From an uncultured Spirochaetota bacterium (GTDB lineage: Bacteria > Spirochaetota > Spirochaetia > SZUA-6 > Fen-1364), in contig CAVUXE010000099.1 in the NCBI GenBank assembly GCA_963745235.1, positions 128,001-192,000 of the forward strand: a DNA stretch of 64,000 nt, read 5' to 3'. The translations under genes were made by a program, and so were the position numbers. Below the pieces are notes generated by a model. That model saw nothing but the letters and a program-made list of their open reading frames with translations, searched no databases and was not told where the DNA came from. This document shows, one piece after another, positions 1 to 10,631 of this stretch. How positions within the stretch are numbered: position 1 is the first letter of the stretch; each line of letters opens with the position of its first letter.

Positions 1-195
1 CGCTTTTGCGAGCGGGAGAGGAATGATACCCTTTCCATCCACTGGATTGCCGAGGTTGACGACCAGTTGAGAAACCCGGTAGGTCAAAGCGAGAGTCCCG
101 GACCCGTCCTGATGGATGGTGAGGCGGCTGCCCACCCCGACGCATGAGCTGAGCAGCACAGCTGCAACGATGCACAGAAAACCGGCCTTCTTCAT
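1..195 (-). CDS. Lipoprotein, N-terminal part (runs off window edge)
   Basis: Not in ORF track. Manual translation MKKAGFLCIVAAVLLSSCVGVGSRLTIHQDGSGTLALTYRVSQ... gives a signal peptide with lipobox LLSS-C, open to position 1. Confidence 0.75.
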   Translation of the reverse strand, partial: MKKAGFLCIVAAVLLSSCVGVGSRLTIHQDGSGTLALTYRVSQLVVNLGNPVDGKGIIPLPLAKA

Positions 196-311
196 TTGGG
201 AATCCTTTGTGGGACTATAGTTGATTCTGGGGCGAATATCCAGTGCGGGTTGAACGGACGGGCAGCGGTCTGGCGGACAGGGGGCGGTTGGACGGACAGG
301 GAGCGCAGCAG

Positions 312-709
312 CTACGACTTGACGCTCTTTCGGTTGTACCAGTTCTTGGCCTTCCGCTTGGAAAGCTGTTCTTCCCGATGAGACCAGTAGTACTGGAGAG
401 TCCTGGAGTTCTCGCACGAATGGCAGATTGCCTTCCCCGGCGGAACTCTCCCTGCGGCAGCCATTTCCCGCATCTCTCGCACTTCCGTTCGTTCGAGTGA
501 GGGTCTCGAGAGTCATGCAGGAAATAGAAGCTGGATCGTATCTTCATCAAGTTGCGATGGGAAACCTGTCCTGTGGTAAGCCAGTGATGGATGGTGGACT
601 GGGTCCTCTGGAACATCCGGGCGAGGTCCGACTTTGTCATGCCCCAGGTAGACATGAGCCATTCGAGCATTTCTCGCACGGAAGGGTCTTCCGGCAGTTC
701 GCCTGGCAT
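312..709 (-). CDS. XRE-like HTH protein with C-terminal CxxC..CxxC zinc finger (1 frameshift near 435)
   Basis: MTKSDLARMFQRTQSTIHHW is HTH-like, followed by CERCGKW; after a shift at a G-run it continues KAICHSCENSRTLQYYWSHREEQLSKRKAKNWYNRKSVKS*; SD AGGAG upstream of ATG 709. Confidence 0.65.
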
Positions 710-784
710 TCTCTCACCTCTCCTGACACTATATCGGTAACGTACAGCCATTTCCTAAAGTGGCAGGCTTCCCCTGCCGATGGT

Positions 785-2341
785 CTATTCCCACTCGATT
801 GTCGCGGGCGGTTTGCTGGAAATGTCGTAGACGACGCGCCCGATGTCGGGGACCCTGTTCGTGATGATGGAGGAGATCTCCAGAAGGTCCTGCATGGGGA
901 GTGGGTACACGTCTGCCGTGATGGCGTCCAGCGAAGCGACAGCCCGGAGCGCAAGCACGTGGCCGTACCTGCGCATGTCTCCGGAGACTCCAACGGACCG
1001 CACGGGAAGCAGGACACAGAATGCCTGCCAGATCTTGTCGTAGAATCCCCGGCTTCGAAGCTCAGAAATGAACAAGGCGTCTGCTTTTCGAAGCAGCTCG
1101 CACTTTTCCGGGGTGACCTCACCGATGATTCTCACCGCGAGCCCCGGGCCGGGAAACGGATGGCGCTTCACGACAGCGGGGGGCAGGCCAAGGGCAGTCC
1201 CGAGCTCACGGACTTCGTCCTTGTACAACGAGGAAAGGGGCTCAATGATCAGCCCCTCTGCCCTCTTTGCCTCCACCAGCGGGGAGTGCACATTGTGGTG
1301 AGACTTGATCACCTTGGCTTTGTTTCCCACGCCCTTGCCTGATTCCACGAGGTCCGTGTACAACGTGCCCTGGGCAAGGAACGACCGGCTGATCCCCAGC
1401 GAATCGATCTCGGTTTCCTGGACGTTCATGAAGAGGTCTCCGATGACGCGCCGCTTCTCCTCGGGGTCCGTCACCCCCGAAAGACGAGAAAAGAACCTTT
1501 GTGAGGCATCGATCATGTGGAGATGCCGGGCTCCCAGGCCGGCGAGAGTCCGGGCCACCTCTTCCGACTCTCCCTCACGCATGAGACCGGTGTCGACGTA
1601 CATGAGGTGGACGCGCTCCGGGTCGAGGCTTCGCAGGAGAAGCCCTGCAACGACGCAGGAATCCACCCCTCCCGAAATGAGGAGCACCACGTCCCTTTCC
1701 CCGACTTTCTGTTTCAGCAGCTCCTTTTCCCGGCGCAGGTACGATTCGATGCTCCACTCGGGCCGCGCGCGGCAGATGTCCAGCGCAAATGCCGCAAGAA
1801 TGTCCTGTCCGTGCTCGCAGTGGCTTGCCTCCGGATGAAACTGCACGCCCCACATCCGCCGCTCCTCGTTCACAAAAGCAGCGGCAAGGCCATTCTCCGA
1901 GCGCCCGATCACGCGAAATCCGGTTGGAGCTTCGGTGACCGAGTCTCCGTGGCTCATCCACGACTCAAAAGAGCCTCCGGGGATCCGAGAAAAAAGGTCG
2001 GTCTTCTCTTCCAGGATTATCCTCGCTCTGCCGTACTCCCGGGTCCCCAGTGACGCGACCTCTCCGCCGTGATCCGCGCTCATGCTCTGGAATCCGTAGC
2101 AGATCCCGAGCAGGGGAAGGCCTTTTTCGTAGATTCGTTTGTCCGCCCGCGGAGCCCCGGGTTCGTAGACCGAGTAAGGAGATCCCGAGAGGATGATCCC
2201 CTTCACGCGGGTAAGATCAATTCCGTCCGTGCGCGAGTCTCCGGGAACGATCTCGCTGTAGACGCCGAGCTGCCTGATCCTGCGTCCGATGAGCTGTGTG
2301 CTCTGGCTCCCAAAGTCGAGAATCAGGATCGTGTCCATCAA
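785..2341 (-). CDS. guaA: GMP synthase (glutamine-hydrolysing)
   Basis: LDFGSQ, GICYG, QFHPE, SGGVDS, IKSHHNV, HPFPGPGLA, KPPATIEWE motifs. Confidence 0.98.
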   Translation of the reverse strand: MMDTILILDFGSQSTQLIGRRIRQLGVYSEIVPGDSRTDGIDLTRVKGIILSGSPYSVYEPGAPRADKRIYEKGLPLLGICYGFQSMSADHGGEVASLGTREYGRARIILEEKTDLFSRIPGGSFESWMSHGDSVTEAPTGFRVIGRSENGLAAAFVNEERRMWGVQFHPEASHCEHGQDILAAFALDICRARPEWSIESYLRREKELLKQKVGERDVVLLISGGVDSCVVAGLLLRSLDPERVHLMYVDTGLMREGESEEVARTLAGLGARHLHMIDASQRFFSRLSGVTDPEEKRRVIGDLFMNVQETEIDSLGISRSFLAQGTLYTDLVESGKGVGNKAKVIKSHHNVHSPLVEAKRAEGLIIEPLSSLYKDEVRELGTALGLPPAVVKRHPFPGPGLAVRIIGEVTPEKCELLRKADALFISELRSRGFYDKIWQAFCVLLPVRSVGVSGDMRRYGHVLALRAVASLDAITADVYPLPMQDLLEISSIITNRVPDIGRVVYDISSKPPATIEWE

Positions 2342-3777
2342 CCCGCAAGCTCCTTTCTCATCCGCGCGCAGACACCTGCATACTTTTCCGCCAGCGCCCG
2401 CGCCTGCTCCGCCGCCATTCCCTTGTAGTTTGCCGGGTCACTGAAGAATGCATCCGCATCCTGGCCCCGGACCTGGGAAAGCTGGCGAGTCAGAGTGTCC
2501 CACACTGCCCTGTCCTGGCGAAGCCCCTGCCTGAGGCGCTCTCCAGACTGCTCGCTCCTGACAGTCGCCCTTCGCACGGCTTCATGCGCATCCGGGTGCC
2601 CGCCGAGGGCCATCAGAATATAAACGGGCTCCGAGAAGATGCCGTCACCTGCCCGGGCAAGGTTCTCAGCCATGCGGGCGCGATCCACTCCCAGGGACCG
2701 GACCACCGCCCCCATTCGGGCGGCAGCGGAAGCCAGGCCGGCCAGGTACTCCGCGATGAAGCGAGACGAGGCGGAATTGGTGAGGTCCCGCTGGTGCTCC
2801 GAGATCTGGTCCATGAAGAACGTGACGACGCGAGGGCAGAACTCCTTCCAGAGGCTCTTCACGTGCTCCGAGTTCCATGGGTTGCGCTTCTGCGGCATGG
2901 TCGAAGAGCCGACCTGGGTCGCGGTGAACTCCTCCCTGACCTCCCCGATCTCTGACCTCTGCAGGTGGCGCAGGTCGTCTGCGAGGTTGGCCATGATTCC
3001 AAACGCGGTATTCAGCTCCAGAAGGAGCTCCAGGAGGTATTCCGGTTCAACCAGCTGCGTGGAGTGTTCTGATGCCTGCAGCCCGAGGAGCTCCAGGAAA
3101 TCCTTCTCCAGGGACCTCGGGTCTCCCACCACCAGGGAGGTGGCATTGTATGCGCCGACCGCTCCCGCGAGCTTGCCCCGCAGGTCTGCTCCCTTTTTCT
3201 CGATCCTCTCGATGCTCTTGCCCAGACGCGACACGTACTCCGCCATTGCAAACCCGAACGTGATAGGCACGGCGTGCTGGCCGTGTGTTCGACCGACCTG
3301 GGGGGTATCCGCCTCATCCCGCGCCAGGCGGACAAGGCCCTCTTCCAGGTCGAGCAGGAGCGGGAGAATGATCCCCCGAACGGCCTCGCGGTAGCGAAGT
3401 GCGGAGGCCGTATCAAGGATGTCGGCGGAGGTCGCTCCCAGGTGCACGTACGGCTGCACCTCGGGCGGAAGATGACGCTTCATGACATTCACGAGGGCGC
3501 GGATATTGTGATGAGTCTTCTCTTCCTCCTGGTAGACTTCTCCGGGCGAAATGGCCTCAACCGCTACGTCCAGTTGGCGGCCGCCCTCCTCCGTCCAGGT
3601 GCGGCCCTTCAGGCGTGACAGCAGCGTCTTCAGGAGCGCGAGCTCCACGCGAAGACACGAGCGGACAGATGCCTCCTCGCTCAGAGATGCAGAGAGTCGT
3701 TTGAAGAGATCAGGATCTGAAAGAGAATATCTGTGGTCCAGCGGTGACAGGTTCTCGAAAATGTTCCGAGGTTCCAT
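2338..3777 (-). CDS. purB: Adenylosuccinate lyase
   Basis: SPLDHRY, HLGATS, GRTHGQHA, GSSTMPQKRNP signature; 4-bp overlap with guaA. Confidence 0.95.
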   Translation of the reverse strand: MEPRNIFENLSPLDHRYSLSDPDLFKRLSASLSEEASVRSCLRVELALLKTLLSRLKGRTWTEEGGRQLDVAVEAISPGEVYQEEEKTHHNIRALVNVMKRHLPPEVQPYVHLGATSADILDTASALRYREAVRGIILPLLLDLEEGLVRLARDEADTPQVGRTHGQHAVPITFGFAMAEYVSRLGKSIERIEKKGADLRGKLAGAVGAYNATSLVVGDPRSLEKDFLELLGLQASEHSTQLVEPEYLLELLLELNTAFGIMANLADDLRHLQRSEIGEVREEFTATQVGSSTMPQKRNPWNSEHVKSLWKEFCPRVVTFFMDQISEHQRDLTNSASSRFIAEYLAGLASAAARMGAVVRSLGVDRARMAENLARAGDGIFSEPVYILMALGGHPDAHEAVRRATVRSEQSGERLRQGLRQDRAVWDTLTRQLSQVRGQDADAFFSDPANYKGMAAEQARALAEKYAGVCARMRKELAG

Positions 3778-3782
3778 GGGCC

Positions 3783-3812
3783 ATAGTGATACGATCAGGT
3801 GGGCTTTGTCAA
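3783..3812 (-). promoter_or_regulatory. Sigma70-like promoter for purB-guaA
   Basis: TTGACA-18nt-CACTAT, 5 nt before ATG, no SD. Confidence 0.55.
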
Positions 3813-3816
3813 AGGC

Positions 3817-3852
3817 GGTTACGCGGGATCCTGTGGGTTACGCGGGATCCTG
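3817..3852. repeat. 17-bp direct repeat duplicating the end of the MCP gene
   Basis: GGTTACGCGGGATCCTG at 3817-3833 and 3836-3852. Confidence 0.85.
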
Positions 3853-5248
3853 GGCCCCGCGGTAGAGCTTCTCCACTTCATGGACTTTGTCGTCGACGAG
3901 GGACTCCAGCTTGAGCATCTCCCTACGCAGGTCACCGACGATCCGTGACACCGACTCCGCCATCTCCCGGTTGTCGTCCACGACGGAGCCGATGTTCTCC
4001 ATCGCCTCCGTGACCTCCCTGTTGGCGTCACGCTGCTCCTTGACAGACGCGGACAGGTGGTGGATGAAGCCGGCGTACACGCCAAGATCGCGGGCGATGG
4101 TGTCGAATATCTTCCCCGCCTCCCGGGATGACTCCCCTCCGGTCTGGATGACGCTCTCGATCTGCTTCACCCACTTGCTGACCTCGGTCGCCGTCCGCAT
4201 GGATTTCTCCGCGAGCTGGCGGATCTCATCAGCCACCACGGAGAAGCCGCTTTGCTCGTCACCGGCGCGGGAGGCCTCGATGGCGGCGTTGAGGGCCAGC
4301 AGGTTCGTCTGGTCGGCGATGTCGTTGATGCGGGCAAGAGCGGCGACCATCCTGTCCACCACGTCGTGGATCCCGAGGATCTCCGCGATGATCTTCTGCA
4401 TGATCGTGTTGCCGCTCTCGGAGAATTGCGCCGTGTTGCCGATGGACGTTGCGGATTTTTCCGTGGCCGTTGAGATGCTCTCCATGGCACCCTGCAGATG
4501 CTCGGCCGCGCTGGTGACCTTGTCGATGCCGGCGGCCTGGTTGCGCGCGCCGGAGGAGACCGTGGTGGATACCTCACCGAGCTTGTTGACGAGCTGGTGG
4601 AGGTTGAAAATGGAGGCAGCTACGATGTCCATGGTCATCTTCAGCCTCCGGCTCGCGCGCAGAAGATCTTCCGTGACCAGGTTGTCCTTGAGGGCGTTCG
4701 TGCTCTGAGTTGCAAAAACCCCTGAGAAGGCTGCGATGAGGACGTTCAGGACGGGCACCAGAAGCAGCGCCCTGACCCCGGAGTCCGGCTGCAGGATGAA
4801 GGATCCCAGGGAGACGACTCCGGGGGCGAGAACGGCGGCGCTTCCCGCCCAGATGACGTCCCGCGTGGAAAGGCGCAGGGCGGAAAGCAGGCCAACCGCG
4901 GCGCAGTAGCCCTCAAGGACGATGAGCATGGGCAGCGCCGAAACGAATCCGAACGACCGCACAACGGACAGTCCGTTCACCATGACAGCCAGCACAGTCC
5001 AGGACAAGGGACGGGATGAACAAGGGTGAGGGATCCATCTTCTGAGCGATCCGCACGCCGGCAACAAGAGAGAAAATCCCCAGGCCGAAGAAGACGGATG
5101 CGGCAACGATGGAAGGGATGGACTGCCCCGTGGCCAGGCAGAGCACGAGGACAATTCCGCTCGCGCCAAGGCGGACTCCGATGCCGAGCTTGTCCGCAAG
5201 CACCACCTGGGTGCTTCTTATCTGCGCGAGGTTCTGCACTGCCCGCAT
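3838..5248 (-). CDS. Methyl-accepting chemotaxis protein with multi-TM N-terminus (frameshift near 4995)
   Basis: [39 protein letters not shown] hairpin; N-terminal hydrophobic helices split over two frames. Confidence 0.88.
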
Positions 5249-5324
5249 GGACAATTTGTATTGCAAAGCCAACCCTTTGTAAAGCAATCCGGGGACGTGC
5301 TATACTTCGGGAAGGGTTCCAGCC

Positions 5325-7237
5325 GTGCCGGACAGGAAAAACTACGAGCAGCTTTTCGAGGAAGCGGTCGAGGCGGGGCGGAATCGCGACTATGCGAAGT
5401 CCGTGGAGATCCTTCTTCGGATTGTAGGAAGCACGGACAGGTTCCCTCAAGCGCTGCTCTACCTGGGCCGCAGCTATCATGCCCTGGGAGAGCATGCCCG
5501 CGCGGTCCAGTCCCTGAACTTCTACGTGCAGCAAAGGCCGTCGTCATCCGCGGGGCACTTCTTTCTCGGACGCGCATACATCGGCCTGGAAGCTTTCCCG
5601 TCCGCCATCCGGCACCTTCGCCGCGCCACTGAGCTGAATCCGAAGTTTGCCGCTGCTTTTGGCCTCCTGGGATTCGCGTGGCTGAAAGCCCGCAGGTCCG
5701 AGAAGGCAATCTGGTGCTTCGCGAAGGCGCTGGAGCTTGATCCGAACAATACCCGCCTCCAGGTGGGCTACCTGAACACGGCTCTCGTCCTTGCCATACG
5801 CCTGTTCTACCGGGGTCAGCTTCTGGATTCCGCGAGGCTCTTCAGCGAAGTCCTCGAGCAGCGGCAATCCAGCATCCTCCCCCACCTGTACCTGGCATCG
5901 ATCTACAAGGAGCTGGGAAAAAACAACGCTTCCCTGTACCACATAGACGCGGCCTCGCAGATGTCTCCCGAGGACCCTTTCCTTCATCTCCAGAAGGCGC
6001 TGGTCCTGCTCTCGCAGGACCAGAAAAAGGAGGCCGCGGAGGAGTTGCGCATTGGAACGCAGCTCCTGAAGAGCGCGGTCAGCCCGGAAGGCAACACGAA
6101 GGATGTCCTTCGATTCATCACGGTCAACCTGTTTCGTGAAAAGCGCTACCGGGAGACGATCCTCTACGGAACGCGGCTGCTCAAGGACGACTACGGGGAC
6201 CCTCACCTGCACATGCTCGTCGGTGAGTCCTACCGCAACCTGGGGGACCTGACCAAGGCGAAGAACCACTTTTTGCGCGCCTTGGAGAAGGACAAGGGCT
6301 CTCTCGAGATTCGTTACGGCCTGTTCGCCGTGCTGTGGGACCGCGGCGAGTTCCTGGAGCTCTTGAAGGAAACGGGGCACCTTCTCCAGAAGGATCCCGC
6401 GGATGAGACTGCCCGGTATTTCCACAGCCTCGCCCTCGCCCGCAGCGACGCCGCCCTGGAGCAGGTGCTCGGGGAGCTGCAGCAGCAGGTGCGGGCGCGT
6501 GGGCCGGAGCTCGCCCTCATGGCGGAGCTTGCCGCCGCGTACGTGCGGGCCGGGCTTCCCGAGCTTGCGGAGGGCTGGTACAAGCGCGTCCTTCGGATCT
6601 CCGAGGACGACATGGACGCGCTGCAGGCGCTGGCGGAGATCTACGAGGACATGGGCAAGGCGGAGCTGCAGCGCGACGCCCTCCTCCGCTACCTCATCCT
6701 GGATCCCGACGACAGGCGGCGCGCCGTCAGCTCGTGCGGCTCCTGCTGCGCATGCAGTCCTTCGCGGACGCGGCAGAGCACATTGCGAAGCTCCTTCCCC
6801 TCGAGCCGCGGAATGCAAGGCTGAAATCCACGCTGGCCCTCTGCTACCGGAGGTCCGGGAGGTATGCCGAAGCGCTTGTCATCCTCCGTGACCTGCTCAG
6901 CACGGACCACGACTCCGAAGACCTCATCAAGGCGGCAGTATACTGCCTGGACAAGATCGGGGCGCGGAAGGTCGGCATCAAGGCAATGGAGAGCTTCATG
7001 AAGGAGAACGGCGAGAGCCTTTCCCTCCTGCTCATGCTTGGCGTTCTCCACTACCAGGAGAACACCCTGGAGAAGTCCGCGGAGCTGTTCCGACGAGCTG
7101 TCTCGGTCTCCCCGAAGAGCTGGCGGGCAAACCGCAACCTGGGAATGGTGTATCGCCGGATGGGCAACACGGAGTACGCGGATAAGTTTCTTGCCAAGGC
7201 GGCTTCCCTTCGAAAGGCCGAGGCGGCGGCGCAGTAG
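5325..7237 (+). CDS. TPR-repeat protein (frameshift near 6720)
   Basis: Repeated A..YLG..Y...G...A TPR pattern; ORFs 5325-6824 and 6734-7237 join; TTGTAA/TGcTATACT promoter upstream. Confidence 0.85.
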
Positions 7238-7241
7238 CGCG

Positions 7242-7269
7242 TTGCAAGGCGCCGAAAAGCGTATATACT
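7242..7269 (+). promoter_or_regulatory. Sigma70-like promoter
   Basis: TTGCAA-16nt-TATACT upstream of SD GGAGG and ATG 7302. Confidence 0.55.
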
Positions 7270-7301
7270 AGCCATGGAGAACGTTGCGAAGGGAGGATGA
7301 G

Positions 7302-7862
7302 ATGGCCGAGCAGAAGGCCGTGGACCTTTTCAAGGCGTACGCGGAGGGCAAGCTGCCGAGCGACGGAGGGTACATCGTTTCTTCCTTTCTCGATGAGCAC
7401 TCGGCGTATTCCCGCTACGAGGTTATCGCTTACAACGGGGTGAAAAGCATCGTCCTCACGAATGAGGGACTGACCTTTCAGACGGACGGGAACAAGATCT
7501 TCGTCCTTGCCGAGCCGCCGAACTACGCGCAGAAGCACCTCGAACCGTTCCGCAGGACGGCGAAGGATCAGATCCCGCACCGTTTTTCCGAGCTGGACAT
7601 CCTCACGACGAAGAACCAGACCAAGGTCATGGTGAGCAAGAGCCCCCATCATGACGTACGGCTCCTTCACCATCATCAAGCCCGACGGGAGAGAACGTCG
7701 CATTCCTCTTCTACAACCTGCCGGACGTCCTTGAAACCATCGGGAAGTTCTTCTCCACGGCCCTGAACAAGGAGGCCACGGTGGCGAAGGTTGACGCGGA
7801 AAAGGCAGGGGCGCTCGTGGTCGAGGGGCTCAGACAAGTTCACGATCTGGGGAAAGAAATAG
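7302..7862 (+). CDS. Hypothetical protein, about 185 aa (several frameshifts after 7645)
   Basis: Strong SD and biased codons; MAEQKAVDLFKAYAEG... continues in shifted frames MTYGSFTIIKP, AFLFYNLPDVLETIGKFFS, ...FTIWGKK*. Confidence 0.75.
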
Positions 7863-7966
7863 AGCAACCGGCGGGCCGTTCGGGAGCCTTTGCGGACGGG
7901 CATGAAAAACGGCCGAGCGTCAGCCCCGGCCTGTTCTATTTCGGCTCGGCATCGCCTCTGGGCCGC

Positions 7967-10611
7967 CTACTTCCCGTTTCTCTCGATATTCAGCTGCGCG
8001 ATTGCCAGCTTGGAGAGGGGCACCTGGTAGGGCGAGCAGGAAACGTAGTCCAGTCCGGCCTCCATGCAGAACCTGATGTTCTCCGGGATGGCCCCATGCT
8101 CTCCGCAGAGCCCGACCTCCAGGTCCGGCCGCGTCATCTTGCCGCGCTTGACCGCCGTCGCAATCAGCTCCTTCACCTGCGGATTGAGGAGCTGGAAAGG
8201 GTTGCCTTCCAGAAGGTCGAACTGCGTGTAGTCAGGCATGAAGGAGTTGAAGTCGTCCCGCGAGAGTCCGATGGTCGTCTGGGTCAGGTCGTTCGTCCCG
8301 AAGGAGAAGAACTGCGCGTAATGCGCAAGATCTCCCGCCCCAAGAGCCGCGGCGGGCAACTCCACCATGGTGCCGATCTTGTAGGGAACGGTCCGTGCCT
8401 TGAAGCTTTCCCGCACTTCCCGCTCCACGTCCACGAGGCCGCGGATGTGCTTGCCCTCGATCTTCTTGCCGTAGATGATGAGCTTCAGCTCGCTCTCGTT
8501 CATGATGATGGGAATCATGATCTCAGGATCGACCTTGACTCCTTCCTTGCGGAGAGTGTAGACGGCCTCGAAGATCGCGCGCACCTGCATCTCGTAGATC
8601 TCCGGATATGACACCGCGATACGGCAACCCCGGTGCCCCAGCATCGGGTTGAACTCGTGCAGCGCCTCGCTTCGCGCGCGGACTTCCTTCTCCGAAACCC
8701 GATTGGCCCCGGTTTTCCCGGCGTTGAGGTAGTGCATGAACTTGTCGAGCTCCTGATCGTTGTGAGGCAGGAACTCGTGCAACGGGGCATCGAGCAGCCG
8801 GATGATGACCGGGTAGTCCTCCATGATCTTGAACAGCTTGTAAAAGTCCGTTTTCTGCATGGGCAGGAGCTTTGCCAGGGCCTTCCTGCGGTCCTCCACC
8901 GAGTCGGAAAGGACCATCTCTCGGAACACGTTGATCCGCTTCTCCTCGAAGAACATGTGCTCCGTGCGCACCAGCCCGATTCCATGCGCTCCGAACTTTC
9001 GGGCAAGCGCCGCGTCCCGGGGCTTGTCGGAGTTGGCCCGGACGGTGAAGTGGCCAACGAACTTGTCCACGAGCTTCAGGAAGTCAAGCATGCCCGGATT
9101 CCTCGGGGTCCGGCTCGATCAGCTCCGCCTTCCCCAGGTAGAGGGACGGCGCGCCGTAGAAGGGAACGTTGAGAGTGATGTAGTCCCCCTCCTTGATGGT
9201 ATGGCTGCCGATGGTCGCGCTGGTGTCCCTTGATCTTCATTTCCGGCTTCACCAGGGAAACCTTTCCGTACTGCCGGGCGACAACCGAGGCGTGCGCGGA
9301 GTATCCGCCCTCAGAGGAGAGCACTCCCGTGGCCACCTCAATGGCTTTCACGTCCTCCGCAAATGACGCCGGGAGACACAGGATCATCTTGGTGTCCGTG
9401 CCCTTCTGCTGCGCAAGCTTGTGCGCATCCAGGAGCCTTTCCGTGTTGAAGTAGATTCTTCCGATGGCGGCGCCCGGCGCCCCGTGATTCCGCCCGTGAG
9501 GGCGGTCAGCCCCTTCACCGAGGTGTAGTCGATGATGGGGTGGAGGATCTCGTTGAGCTGCCCCGGCTTGATCTTCTTCACGACGTACGCATCATCCACG
9601 ATCTTCCGCCCGTGCAGGTCCAGGAGGAGCCGAATGTCCGCCTGCGTGGACTTTGCCATCACGGATCTCTGGTCGATCAGCCACAGGCGCTTGTTTTCCA
9701 CGGTGAACCGTATGGAACGGGTCTCCTTGAAGTGGTCTTCCACCTTGCGGGCGATCTTCTCCAGCTCATCATGGTAGTTCTTGGCAACCTTGGAGATGTC
9801 CGCTCCGCTGGCGCCAATGGCGTTGAACTTGTTCTGGAAGTATTCCCCCTGGATCTCCTTGTTCCCGGTGACGATGTTGCGCGTAAAGAACTGGCCGTAG
9901 AATGCGTCCTTGCCGTAGTTGCCGTACACCATGGGCTGGATGATCAGCGCGGTGTCCTGCTGGTTCTGATCGTTGATGGCCAGGAGGTGGCTGATCCTCT
10001 TCAGGGCGATCTCCAGCTGGTCGAACGGGTCCTTGAAGAAACCCGGCGGGAAGCATGGCTTTGTAGCGCTCGAGGAACTCCTTGCGCTTTTTGGCGTCCA
10101 TGTCCGAGTCCAGACCCTTGCCGAGGTCCTTGATGGCCTGCTTGATTGTCTTGACGTCTTTCTCTTTCTCCTCCAGCTCGGCGATGGCCAGCTCGATCTC
10201 CAGGTTCCCCATGGTCAGGAACTGCTGCTCGTGCCAGCCGAAGTTCTCCCCCACGTAGCGAACGAACCCGGGAAGCGTCTTGTCGGTCAGGCCGAAATTG
10301 TGCAGCGTGGGATACTGGGCAATCACGAGGTTGGGGCTGATGACGATCTTCACCAGCATCGGGTTGTCGGCGTCTCCGAACGTCTTTCCCGTGAGCTTCG
10401 CCAGCTTGTCGAACCAGGGCCGCAGCGCGGCCCAGATATCGAAATCCTCCAGGTGCATGGCCACATCCGCATCGATGAGGAAACCGGGGAGGATGGGCAG
10501 GTCCAGGTCAGCCAGCTCCATGGCCAGCCGTCCGCGGATCCCGATACGATCCAGGATCTGCGGCTTCAGGTTTGCTTCCCCTTTTGCAAAGAAGTGGATG
10601 TTCTTCTTCAT
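7967..10611 (-). CDS. ppdK: Pyruvate phosphate dikinase-like PEP-utilising protein with degenerate ATP-grasp domain (several frameshifts)
   Basis: GIGLVRTEHMFF, IRLLDAPLHEFLP, NPMLGHRGCR, GTNDLTQ, LCGEHG; His domain GGYSAHASVVAR; pieces 9769-10611, 9384-9932, 9076-9387, 7967-9091. Confidence 0.9.
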
Positions 10612-10631
10612 GCTTCAACCTTCCCTTGTGG

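Noticed and set aside
1-784. Prophage or genomic island at guaA
   Set aside because: No integrase, att duplication or phage structural genes; only the single HTH gene is reported.
7863-7966. Terminator between convergent genes
   Set aside because: Only an imperfect stem (AAACGGCCG...CGGCCTGTT); too weak to call.
7967-10611. ppdK as a decaying pseudogene
   Set aside because: Codon bias and PEP/His motifs are intact, no in-frame stops remain after repair, and the same indels affect essential genes.
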